DNA of 64,000 nucleotides from NCBI GenBank assembly GCA_052387235.1, contig JBQTJJ010000001.1, forward strand, positions 7,581 to 71,580. The letters are read 5' to 3'. Positions 37,697 to 45,117 of the stretch are shown piece by piece. The position numbers and the translations under genes are program-made. Numbering within the stretch: position 1 is the stretch's first letter; every line of letters begins with the position of its first letter. The stretch comes from Actinomycetota bacterium. GTDB taxonomy: Bacteria > Actinomycetota > Acidimicrobiia > Acidimicrobiales > GCA-2861595. Under the pieces are notes generated by a model. The model worked only from the letters and a program-made list of their open reading frames with translations. It searched no databases and was not told where the DNA came from.

Positions 37697-39810
37697 GCGG
37701 CCCCGGGAGCTCGCCCGTGCGGCCCTCGCCCTCGACAGCGCCGGGACGCAACGGCGGCCCGGTGCCGGCCGGGGCCGACCCGTCGCTGGCCCAGCTGCTG
37801 GCCCGGCTGGCCGCCGTGGAGGCCCGGGTGCGCGAGGAGGTGGGCCGGCGGCGGGCGCGCGACGCGGCCCCCGACGACCGCTTCCGCGGCCTCTACATCT
37901 CCGAGGCCCAGGTCGACGAGCTGCTGTCGGGGCCCCGCCCCCGGCCGGCCGGCCGGACCGCAGCGGCGACGCCGCCACCGGGGAGCCGCGACCGGGCCGG
38001 CGCCGGGCCGACCCGGCTGGAGCGCCTGGCCGGCGCCTTCGCCCTCGACGACGTGGACCTCGACCTGGTCGTCGTCGCCCTGGCGCCAGACCTCGACCCC
38101 CGCTTCGAGCGGCTGTACGGCTACCTCCACGACGACGTGACCAGGCGGCGGGCCAGCACCGGGCTGGCCCTGGAGCTGTGCGGTCTCGGGCTGGCGTCGG
38201 CCGAGCGCCGCCGCCTGGGCGAGGCCGGGGCGCTGTGCCGGGGCGGCGTCCTGGTGGTGGGCGAGCCCGAGCGACCCTTCCCCACCCGCTCCCTGCGCGT
38301 GCCCGACCGGGTCGCCCTCCACCTCCTGGGCGACCCCACGCCGGAGCCGTCGCTGGCGGGGCTCGTCATGACCACGGCCCCCCTCGCCAGCCGGGCGTCG
38401 TCCGATCTGGCCCGCGCCCTGGCCGCCGGGACCCGGCTCGCGTACCTGCGGGAGCGCCCCGGTGCGTCGGGCCACGCCACCGCCGCGGCCGCCTTCGCGG
38501 CTGCGGGGTGGCCGGCCGTCGTCCTGGACCTGCGCCGGCTGGCCCCCGGCGCCGACGCCGCGGTCATGGCCGCCACCGCGGTGAGGGAGGCGCGCCTGCT
38601 CGGCGCCGGCCTGGTGGCCGGCCCGGTCGAGGGGCTGGCCGAGCGGGACGTGGCCGCCCTGCGCACCATGGCCGACGTCACCTGGCCGGTGGTGCTGGTG
38701 GGGGGCCGGGGCTGGGACCCGGGGTGGTCGGCCGACGTGCCGCTGCTCCTGGATGCGCCGGCGCCGGCGCCGTCCCAGCGCGCCTCGCTGTGGCTGGCGG
38801 CCCTGTCCGGCGCGGGGGCGGAGGCCGTCGACGCGGCCGCGGCCACCACCCACTTCACCCTCTCGCCCGACCAGGTGTGGCGGGCGACGGTGACGGCCCG
38901 GCTGCGGGCCGAGGCCGAGGGCCGACCGCTGGGCGCCGGCGACCTGGGGCACGGCGCCCTGGCCCAGAACGGCGCCGGCCTGGAGCGGCTGGCCCGGCGC
39001 GTCGAGCCGGAGGTCGGCTGGGACGACCTGGTGCTGCCGGCGCCGGTGCTGCACCAGCTGCGGGAGCTCACCGTCCGGGCCCGCCTGGGCGACACCGTGT
39101 TCGGCGACTGGGGCCTGGGCCGTGGCCACCGGGGCCACCGCAGCCTCAGCGCCCTGTTCGCCGGGCCGTCGGGCGTCGGCAAGACGATGGCCGCCGAGGT
39201 GGTGGCCGGCGACCTGGGGCTCGACATGTACGCCATCGACCTGGCCACCGTCGTCGACAAGTACATCGGGGAGACGGAGAAGAACCTCGACCGCATCTTC
39301 ACCGAGGCGGAGCGGGTGAACGGGGTGATCTTCTTCGACGAGGCCGACGCCCTGTTCGGCAAGCGCTCCGAGGTCAAGGACGCCAGGGACCGCTACGCCA
39401 ACGTGGAGGTGGCCTACCTGCTCCAGCGGCTGGAGGCGTTCACCGGCATCGCCGTGCTCGCGACCAACCTGCGCAACAACGTGGACGAGGCCTTCGCCCG
39501 CCGCCTCGACGCGGTGGTGGACTTCCCGCTGCCCGAGGAGCCCGAGCGGCTCCGGCTCTGGGAGCACTGCCTGGGCCCGCTGGTGCCGAGGGCGCCCGAC
39601 CTGGACCTGGCCTTCATGGCCCGCTCCTTCAGCCTCTCGGGCGGCAACATCCGCAACGTGACCGTGGCCGCCGCCTTCAGCGCGGCGAGCCGCAGGGAGG
39701 AGGTCACCATGGCCGATCTGGTCCGGGCCACCCAGCGCGAGTACCGCAAGCTGGGCCGCCTGTGCGTGGAGGCCGAGTTCGGCCCCTGGCTCGAGGTGGT
39801 GGCGCCATGA
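37693..39810 (+). CDS. CIS AAA+ ATPase (Afp15/Pvc15-like)
   Basis: GTG 37693 overlaps the upstream stop. Walker A FAGPSGVGKT, Walker B VIFFDEADALF, ATNL...D.A..RR. Long N-terminal non-ATPase region, as in Afp15-type proteins. Confidence 0.88.
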   Translation: MSGPGSSPVRPSPSTAPGRNGGPVPAGADPSLAQLLARLAAVEARVREEVGRRRARDAAPDDRFRGLYISEAQVDELLSGPRPRPAGRTAAATPPPGSRDRAGAGPTRLERLAGAFALDDVDLDLVVVALAPDLDPRFERLYGYLHDDVTRRRASTGLALELCGLGLASAERRRLGEAGALCRGGVLVVGEPERPFPTRSLRVPDRVALHLLGDPTPEPSLAGLVMTTAPLASRASSDLARALAAGTRLAYLRERPGASGHATAAAAFAAAGWPAVVLDLRRLAPGADAAVMAATAVREARLLGAGLVAGPVEGLAERDVAALRTMADVTWPVVLVGGRGWDPGWSADVPLLLDAPAPAPSQRASLWLAALSGAGAEAVDAAAATTHFTLSPDQVWRATVTARLRAEAEGRPLGAGDLGHGALAQNGAGLERLARRVEPEVGWDDLVLPAPVLHQLRELTVRARLGDTVFGDWGLGRGHRGHRSLSALFAGPSGVGKTMAAEVVAGDLGLDMYAIDLATVVDKYIGETEKNLDRIFTEAERVNGVIFFDEADALFGKRSEVKDARDRYANVEVAYLLQRLEAFTGIAVLATNLRNNVDEAFARRLDAVVDFPLPEEPERLRLWEHCLGPLVPRAPDLDLAFMARSFSLSGGNIRNVTVAAAFSAASRREEVTMADLVRATQREYRKLGRLCVEAEFGPWLEVVAP

Positions 39811-40964
39811 GAGGGCGCGCCCATGTCGAGGCCGAGGAACGGGTCCCGGTCGCCAGGCCGGCGCCCGCGCCGGCCGGCCCCGCCGTCGCGACCGAGCCGG
39901 GCCTGGCCGGCGGCCTCCTCGGCCTCCAGGCCACCGCCGGCAACGCGGCGGTGGGGAGTCTGGTGGAGCGGCGCGGGAGCGGCCCGTGCCCCTGCGGCGG
40001 CAGCGGTGGCGACTGTGCCTGCGAGGCCGGGAGGGGCGACGAGCAGGGGGAGGATCGGGCAGGCGAGGCCCTCGACCCCGGCGCCCGCGCCTTCCTGGAG
40101 GCCCGCTTCGGGCGGGACCTGGGCGACGTGCGGGTCCACACCGGTGCCGGGGCGGCCGCCTCGGCCGAGTCGGCCGGCGCCGAGGCGTACACCACCGGCA
40201 AGGACATCGTGTTCGCCCCGGGCGCCTACCGGCCCGACTCGCCCGAGGGCCGCCACCTGCTGGCCCACGAGGTGGCCCACACCCTCCAGCCCGAGCGCGG
40301 GCCGGCCCCGTCCGGGCCCGTCTCCCGCCCCGGCGACCCGGCCGAGGTGGCCGCGGCCCGGGCCGCCGATGCCGTCGCCGCCGGCGCCGCCCCGGCCCGG
40401 CTCGGCAGCCGGCCGGCCGGGGTGGTGCACCGCCAGGCCGAGGACGAGGAGGCCGCTCCCCAGCCGGTGCCGGACATGAGCGGGACCGGGGAGGTGACCG
40501 AGGTGCAGGCCATGGCCAACATCTCCCTGCCCGGACGGACCGATGCCAGCTTCTCCAGCTCGTTCACGACCCAGGGCGCCACCCGCAGGCGCGGCGAGGG
40601 CGGCTGCGACACCGTCGCCGGGAACATGGTGAACACCTTCACCGTGTCGACCACGGTGACGCTGCCGCCGGTCCCGGACGGGCTCACCGAGTGCCAGGCC
40701 GCCAACGCCCAGCGCTTCATCGACACGATCCTCGCCCCGCACGAGCAGGAGCACGTGGCCCACTTCAACACCTACAACGGGACGTCCACCGTGCCGTTCA
40801 GCCTGACGGTCTGCGCCGGCGACGACCTCCAGGCCATGATCCAGGCCGAGCACGACACGGCCCAGTCCACCCGGCAGGCCGCGGCCCAGGCCCTCAGCGA
40901 CTCCATCGACCCGTTCAACGTCGACGTCGACATCGACGCGGGCTGCGAGGCACCGGCGGAGTGA
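39807..40964 (+). CDS. DUF4157 protein (intact HEVAH) with Cys cluster and unknown C-terminal domain carrying a second HExxH; candidate CIS cargo
   Basis: ATG 39807 overlaps the ATPase stop. LQATAGNAAV ... FLEARFGRDLGDVRVHTG ... AYTTGKDIVFAPG ... LLAHEVAHTLQ matches DUF4157. CPCGGSGGDCAC lies upstream. HEQEH at nt 40740-40754. Confidence 0.8.
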   Translation: MRGRAHVEAEERVPVARPAPAPAGPAVATEPGLAGGLLGLQATAGNAAVGSLVERRGSGPCPCGGSGGDCACEAGRGDEQGEDRAGEALDPGARAFLEARFGRDLGDVRVHTGAGAAASAESAGAEAYTTGKDIVFAPGAYRPDSPEGRHLLAHEVAHTLQPERGPAPSGPVSRPGDPAEVAAARAADAVAAGAAPARLGSRPAGVVHRQAEDEEAAPQPVPDMSGTGEVTEVQAMANISLPGRTDASFSSSFTTQGATRRRGEGGCDTVAGNMVNTFTVSTTVTLPPVPDGLTECQAANAQRFIDTILAPHEQEHVAHFNTYNGTSTVPFSLTVCAGDDLQAMIQAEHDTAQSTRQAAAQALSDSIDPFNVDVDIDAGCEAPAE

Positions 40965-41013
40965 TCAAGGCGGGTGCCGGCGCACCCGGACCCGAACGAG
41001 AGGAGCCTGACCG

Positions 41014-42381
41014 ATGGCCGGAGCCGGACGAGCGAGGAGGCCGGGGGGTGAGGAGGCCCGCCACCCGGAGCGCGCCGTGGCCCCGGCCCGGCCGGCGCCG
41101 GCGCCCGCCGACGACGCGGCACCGGAGCACTCCCCCCTGCTCGACCTGCAGCGCCAGGTCGGCAACGCCGGTGTGCAGGAGCTGGTCGACCTGGCCGGGT
41201 CGGAGCCGGGGCGGCCGCTCGACCCCGACGTGCGGGCCTCGATGGAGGCGTCGTTCGGCCGGTCGTTCGCCGGCGTCGAGGTCCATGAGGGACCGGCCGT
41301 CGACCGGGCCGCCGAGGGGCTCGGCGCCGCCGCCTTCGCGGCCGGGGAGGACGTCTTCCTGCGATCCGACGTCGACCCCGGGACGCCGCCGGGCCGGGAG
41401 GTGCTGGGTGAGGAGCTGGCCCACGTGGCCCAGGGGGTGGGCGCGAACCGCGCCGCCCACCTGCTGCCGCCAGAGGGCGGGGTCGAGCAGGAGGCCCACC
41501 GGGCCGCCCACGAGGCGGCCGAAGGGCGGCCCGCGGCGGTGAGCTTCGCCCCGGCCGCCGCCACCGGCGTCGGCCGCTTCCTCGACCCCATCAGCCTCGG
41601 TGTCATCGGGGGCATCGGCTACGGGGTCAAGAAGCTCTACGAGGAGCTCACCGAGGAGGAGGTGGAGGCGACCAAGCCCGACCCCGACCAGCCCACCCAG
41701 GCGACCGTCGATGCGATAAAGGGCGGTGTCCCGCCCCAGCTCGACGCCGCCGTGGCCAAGCTGGGCGGTGACCCGACCCCGGCCAACAGCAAGGCCGCCG
41801 CCGCCTCCCTCTCCTCGGTGAAGGACTTCCTGATCGGCCAGCTGCCCCCCACCAACCAGGGGCCGGTGATGTCCGTGCTGCTCACCGTGACAGGGGCCAT
41901 CAACACCCTGGAGGCGGCGGCCGACCCGACCGGTGTGCTCAAGGAGCTGCAGGGCAGCGTGGCCGCCAAGAAGGCCGAGCTGGACGGGCTCGTGGCCAGC
42001 GCCAAGGAGCCGGCCGTGGGACCGGACGGCAAGGAGCTGCCGCCGGACGCGCTCACGCCCGACCAGGCGTCGATCCTGAGCAGCGGGCCGGTGGTCTGGA
42101 TGGGCGAGGCGGCCACCATGCTGGCCGAGCCGGAGCCCGATCCCGATCTGATCGCCGGCAAGCTCGACGGGGCGGCCGGCGCCATCCGCAGCGTGAACGC
42201 GCCGCCGGCCGTCCTGCCGCAGCTGACCAAGATCGCCTTGAACTGCGGGTTGTACGCGGAGACGGCCAAGGCGACCAAGCTCACCGTGGCCGAGTCCGTC
42301 CCCCAGGCCATGGCGCAGCTCGAGGCGGCCAAGTCGATGATCGCCGAGCTGGGCGTGCCGCCCGAGATCCCGCCGGAGTGA
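41014..42381 (+). CDS. DUF4157 protein (degenerate metal motif EELAH) with helical C-terminal domain; candidate CIS cargo
   Basis: LQRQVGNAGVQELV ... MEASFGRSFAGVEVHEG ... AFAAGEDVFL ... LGEELAHVAQG. The C-terminal about 270 aa is Ala/Leu/Lys/Pro-rich and I do not recognise it. Confidence 0.75.
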   Translation: MAGAGRARRPGGEEARHPERAVAPARPAPAPADDAAPEHSPLLDLQRQVGNAGVQELVDLAGSEPGRPLDPDVRASMEASFGRSFAGVEVHEGPAVDRAAEGLGAAAFAAGEDVFLRSDVDPGTPPGREVLGEELAHVAQGVGANRAAHLLPPEGGVEQEAHRAAHEAAEGRPAAVSFAPAAATGVGRFLDPISLGVIGGIGYGVKKLYEELTEEEVEATKPDPDQPTQATVDAIKGGVPPQLDAAVAKLGGDPTPANSKAAAASLSSVKDFLIGQLPPTNQGPVMSVLLTVTGAINTLEAAADPTGVLKELQGSVAAKKAELDGLVASAKEPAVGPDGKELPPDALTPDQASILSSGPVVWMGEAATMLAEPEPDPDLIAGKLDGAAGAIRSVNAPPAVLPQLTKIALNCGLYAETAKATKLTVAESVPQAMAQLEAAKSMIAELGVPPEIPPE

Positions 42382-42388
42382 CGGGGCC

Positions 42389-42416
42389 GCCGGCCTGCCC
42401 GTAGGGGCAGGCCGGC
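42389..42416 (+). terminator. Perfect 12-bp stem / 4-nt loop hairpin between the cargo genes and the sheath gene
   Basis: GCCGGCCTGCCC-GTAG-GGGCAGGCCGGC starts 8 nt after the stop at 42381. It is followed only by TT, so the U-tract is weak. Confidence 0.5.
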
Positions 42417-42506
42417 TTACCCGGAGGCACGCCCGGCCGGCCCTACCGGCAGCCCGGGCCCGGCGCCATCCTCGCCTCCGACCGACCTTGTGCGAGGAGG
42501 GGCCGC

Positions 42507-44045
42507 ATGCCTCAGTACCTTTCGCCCGGCGTCTACATCGAGGAGAAGGAGCCCGGCGCCCGACCCATCGAAGGGGTGGCGACGGCAGTGGCCGCCTTCG
42601 TCGGCGTGGCGACCCAGGGACCGTTCAACACGCCCACCCTCGTCACGAACTGGACGCAGTTCACCCAGACGTTCGGGGACTTCGCCGAGGGCTCCTACCT
42701 GGCCCACGCCGTCTACGGGTACTTCCTCAACGGCGGCGGCAGCGCCTACATCGTGCGCATCGGCGACGACGCCTCGGCCGGCGCCGCCCCGCCGGCCCGG
42801 GCCGAGCTGATGAGCGCCAGCGACACCACCATCGGCGCCTACCGGGTCAACGCCCTGGAGCCCGGAACGACGGGGAACGACATCACCGTCGAGGTGCAGG
42901 ACGCCTCGGAGCCCGGCCCCGAGACCTTCAAGCTGGTGGTGCGCAAGGGCAGCACCGAGGAGACCTTCGACAACCTCACCACCAGGCGGGGCCGGCAGAA
43001 CGCGGTCACGGTGGTGAACCAGCAGTCGCAGCTCGTCCGGCTGGAGGAGATCGGCACCGCGGCGGCGGTCGAGCGCCGGCCCGCCTCGGGCGTGGCCACC
43101 CTGGGCGGCGGCGGCGCCGTGCCCACGCCGGCCAGCATCTCGGCCGAGGACTACGTGGGCAACTCGGCCGACCGCACCGGCTTCGGTGGGCTGGAGGCCA
43201 TCGACGACGTCACCATGGTGAGCGTCCCCGACATCATCGCCGCCTACGAGCGGAACATGATCGAGCTGGAGGGCCTCCAGGCCGTGCAGCTGGCCATGAT
43301 CGCCCACTGCGAGCTGATGGGCGACCGCATGGCCATCCTCGACCCCCCGCCCGGCCTCAACGCCCAGCAGATCAAGGAGTGGCGGGTCGACAAGGCCGGC
43401 TACGACTCCAAGTACGCAGCCCTCTACTGGCCCCGGATCAGGGTCTTTGACCCCGCCTCGGGCCAGAACATCTACGTGCCGCCCAGCGGGCACATGGCCG
43501 GGATCTGGGCCCGCACCGACGGCACCCGGGGCGTCCACAAGGCCCCGGCCAACGAGGTCGTGCGGGGCGCCATCTCCCTCGAGACGAACATCACCAAGGG
43601 CGAGCACGACAGCCTGAACCCGGTGAACGTGAACTGCATCCGCGCCTTCCCGGGCCGGGGCGTGCGCGTCTGGGGGGCCCGGACCCTGTCCAGCGATCCC
43701 GGGTGGCGCTACGTCAACGTGCGCCGCCTCTTCAACTACGTGGAGAAGTCGATCCTGGGCGGGACCCAGTGGGTGGTGTTCGAGCCCAACGACAACCTGC
43801 TGTGGGGGGCGGTCAAGCGGACCATCGCCGCCTTCCTCTACCGGGTGTGGCTGGACGGCGCCCTCTTCGGCACCACGCCCGAGCAGGCCTTCTACGTGAA
43901 GTGCGACGACGAGACCAACCCCCAGGAGGTCATCGAGGCGGGGCAGGTGGTGTGCGAGATCGGCATCGCCCCCGTCAAGCCGGCCGAGTTCGTGGTGTTC
44001 CGGCTGGCCCAGCTGCCGTCCGGCACGTCGGCCCTCTCCGAGTAG
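42507..44045 (+). CDS. Contractile tail sheath protein (Afp2-4/Pvc2-4-like)
   Basis: MPQYLSPGVYIEE....RPIEGV.T..AAFVG ... NPVN.IR.FPGRG..VWGARTL is the canonical sheath N- and C-terminal signature. Confidence 0.93.
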   Translation: MPQYLSPGVYIEEKEPGARPIEGVATAVAAFVGVATQGPFNTPTLVTNWTQFTQTFGDFAEGSYLAHAVYGYFLNGGGSAYIVRIGDDASAGAAPPARAELMSASDTTIGAYRVNALEPGTTGNDITVEVQDASEPGPETFKLVVRKGSTEETFDNLTTRRGRQNAVTVVNQQSQLVRLEEIGTAAAVERRPASGVATLGGGGAVPTPASISAEDYVGNSADRTGFGGLEAIDDVTMVSVPDIIAAYERNMIELEGLQAVQLAMIAHCELMGDRMAILDPPPGLNAQQIKEWRVDKAGYDSKYAALYWPRIRVFDPASGQNIYVPPSGHMAGIWARTDGTRGVHKAPANEVVRGAISLETNITKGEHDSLNPVNVNCIRAFPGRGVRVWGARTLSSDPGWRYVNVRRLFNYVEKSILGGTQWVVFEPNDNLLWGAVKRTIAAFLYRVWLDGALFGTTPEQAFYVKCDDETNPQEVIEAGQVVCEIGIAPVKPAEFVVFRLAQLPSGTSALSE

Positions 44046-44093
44046 CAGCAGGCCCACCGGCGGCACCACCCCGCCCCAGAAAGGAGCGCGTCC

Positions 44094-44537
44094 ATGCCCA
44101 TCGGCGAACACCCGATCGCGGGTTACAGCTACCACGTCGAGATCAGCGGCGTCACCATGGCCCAGTTCAAGTCGGCCGAGGGCCTCGGCATCAAGATCGG
44201 CGTCATCGAGCACCGGGAGAACAAGCTGACCGGCCTGCCCGTGCTGAAGAAGCTGCCCGGCCACGTCCAGTACAGCGACATCACCCTCAAGCGGGGCAAG
44301 GTCAACGACAAGGTCTTCTGGGACTGGATCAAGCAGGTGGCCGACGGCGACATCGACGGGGCCCGCAAGGAGGGCTCGGTGGTGCTGTTCGACTACGCCC
44401 ACGGCGAGGTGGGGCGCTTCGACTTCGAGGGCGCCTGGCCCAGCGACGTGAACGTGGGCGCCCTGGACGCGGCGGGCGACGAGGTCCTGCTCGAGAGCCT
44501 CACCATCACCATCGAGAAGCTCAACGTCCCGGCCTAG
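44094..44537 (+). CDS. Tail tube protein (T4 gp19-like, Afp1-like)
   Basis: Y.V.I.G...A.F....GL...I.V.E.RE ... G.V.Y.DITLKRG...D..FWDW pattern. RBS AAAGGAG. Confidence 0.9.
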   Translation: MPIGEHPIAGYSYHVEISGVTMAQFKSAEGLGIKIGVIEHRENKLTGLPVLKKLPGHVQYSDITLKRGKVNDKVFWDWIKQVADGDIDGARKEGSVVLFDYAHGEVGRFDFEGAWPSDVNVGALDAAGDEVLLESLTITIEKLNVPA

Positions 44538-44541
44538 GACG

Positions 44542-44949
44542 ATGACCCCGCCCGTCGCCGAGGCCGACCAGCAGGCCGGCCTGCACACCGAGTTCAGCTT
44601 CGAGCTGCCCGTGGGGTACGTGGACGGCTCCGGTGCCGTGCACAGGAGCGGCGTCATGCGCATGGCCACGGCGCGCGACGAGATCATGCCGCTGCGCGAC
44701 CCCCGCGTCCTCGACAACGAGGCCTACCTCTCGGTGATCCTGCTGGCGCGCGTCGTCACCCGGCTGGGCACGGTGACGTCGGTGAACCCCGGGGTCATCG
44801 AGGGCCTGTTCGCCGCCGACCTGGCCTTCCTCCAGGACCTCTACCGGCGGGTCAACCAGGAGGGCCACACCCGCGCCGCCGTCAGCTGCCCGTCCTGCCA
44901 GCACGAGTTCGCGGTCGACGTGGCCGGTGGTCGCCCGGGGGAATCGTGA
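44542..44949 (+). CDS. Conserved CIS protein at the tail-assembly-chaperone position, with C-terminal CxxC
   Basis: Sits between tube and tape-measure-like genes. FELPVGYVDGSG.VHRSGVMRMATARDE ... CPSCQHEF. Function is inferred from position only. Confidence 0.6.
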   Translation: MTPPVAEADQQAGLHTEFSFELPVGYVDGSGAVHRSGVMRMATARDEIMPLRDPRVLDNEAYLSVILLARVVTRLGTVTSVNPGVIEGLFAADLAFLQDLYRRVNQEGHTRAAVSCPSCQHEFAVDVAGGRPGES

Positions 44950-45110
44950 CGTACGCGCCCGACCGTCTGTTCGAGGAGGTCGCGTACGTGGCGTACCACT
45001 TCCACTGGCCGCTCGCCGAGATCATGGACCTGGAGCACCCGCTGCGGCGTCGCTTCGTGGAGGAGATCGGCGCCATCAACCGGCGCCTGTCCGAGCACCA
45101 GGGGGCCTGA
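44946..45110 (+). CDS. Small conserved CIS-associated protein (54 aa; not in the supplied ORF track)
   Basis: GTG 44946 overlaps the upstream stop (GTGA). Translation: VTYAPDRLFEEVAYVAYHFHWPLAEIMDLEHPLRRRFVEEIGAINRRLSEHQGA. It resembles the short protein usually encoded here in actinobacterial CIS loci (I believe DUF6760; to be verified). Confidence 0.6.
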   Translation: MTYAPDRLFEEVAYVAYHFHWPLAEIMDLEHPLRRRFVEEIGAINRRLSEHQGA

Positions 45111-45117
45111 CGAGGCC

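Noticed and set aside
44542-45110. Two small overlapping genes read as a toxin-antitoxin pair
   Set aside because: Their position between the tube and tape-measure-like genes and their sequence pattern fit conserved CIS assembly factors. I saw no TA family motifs.
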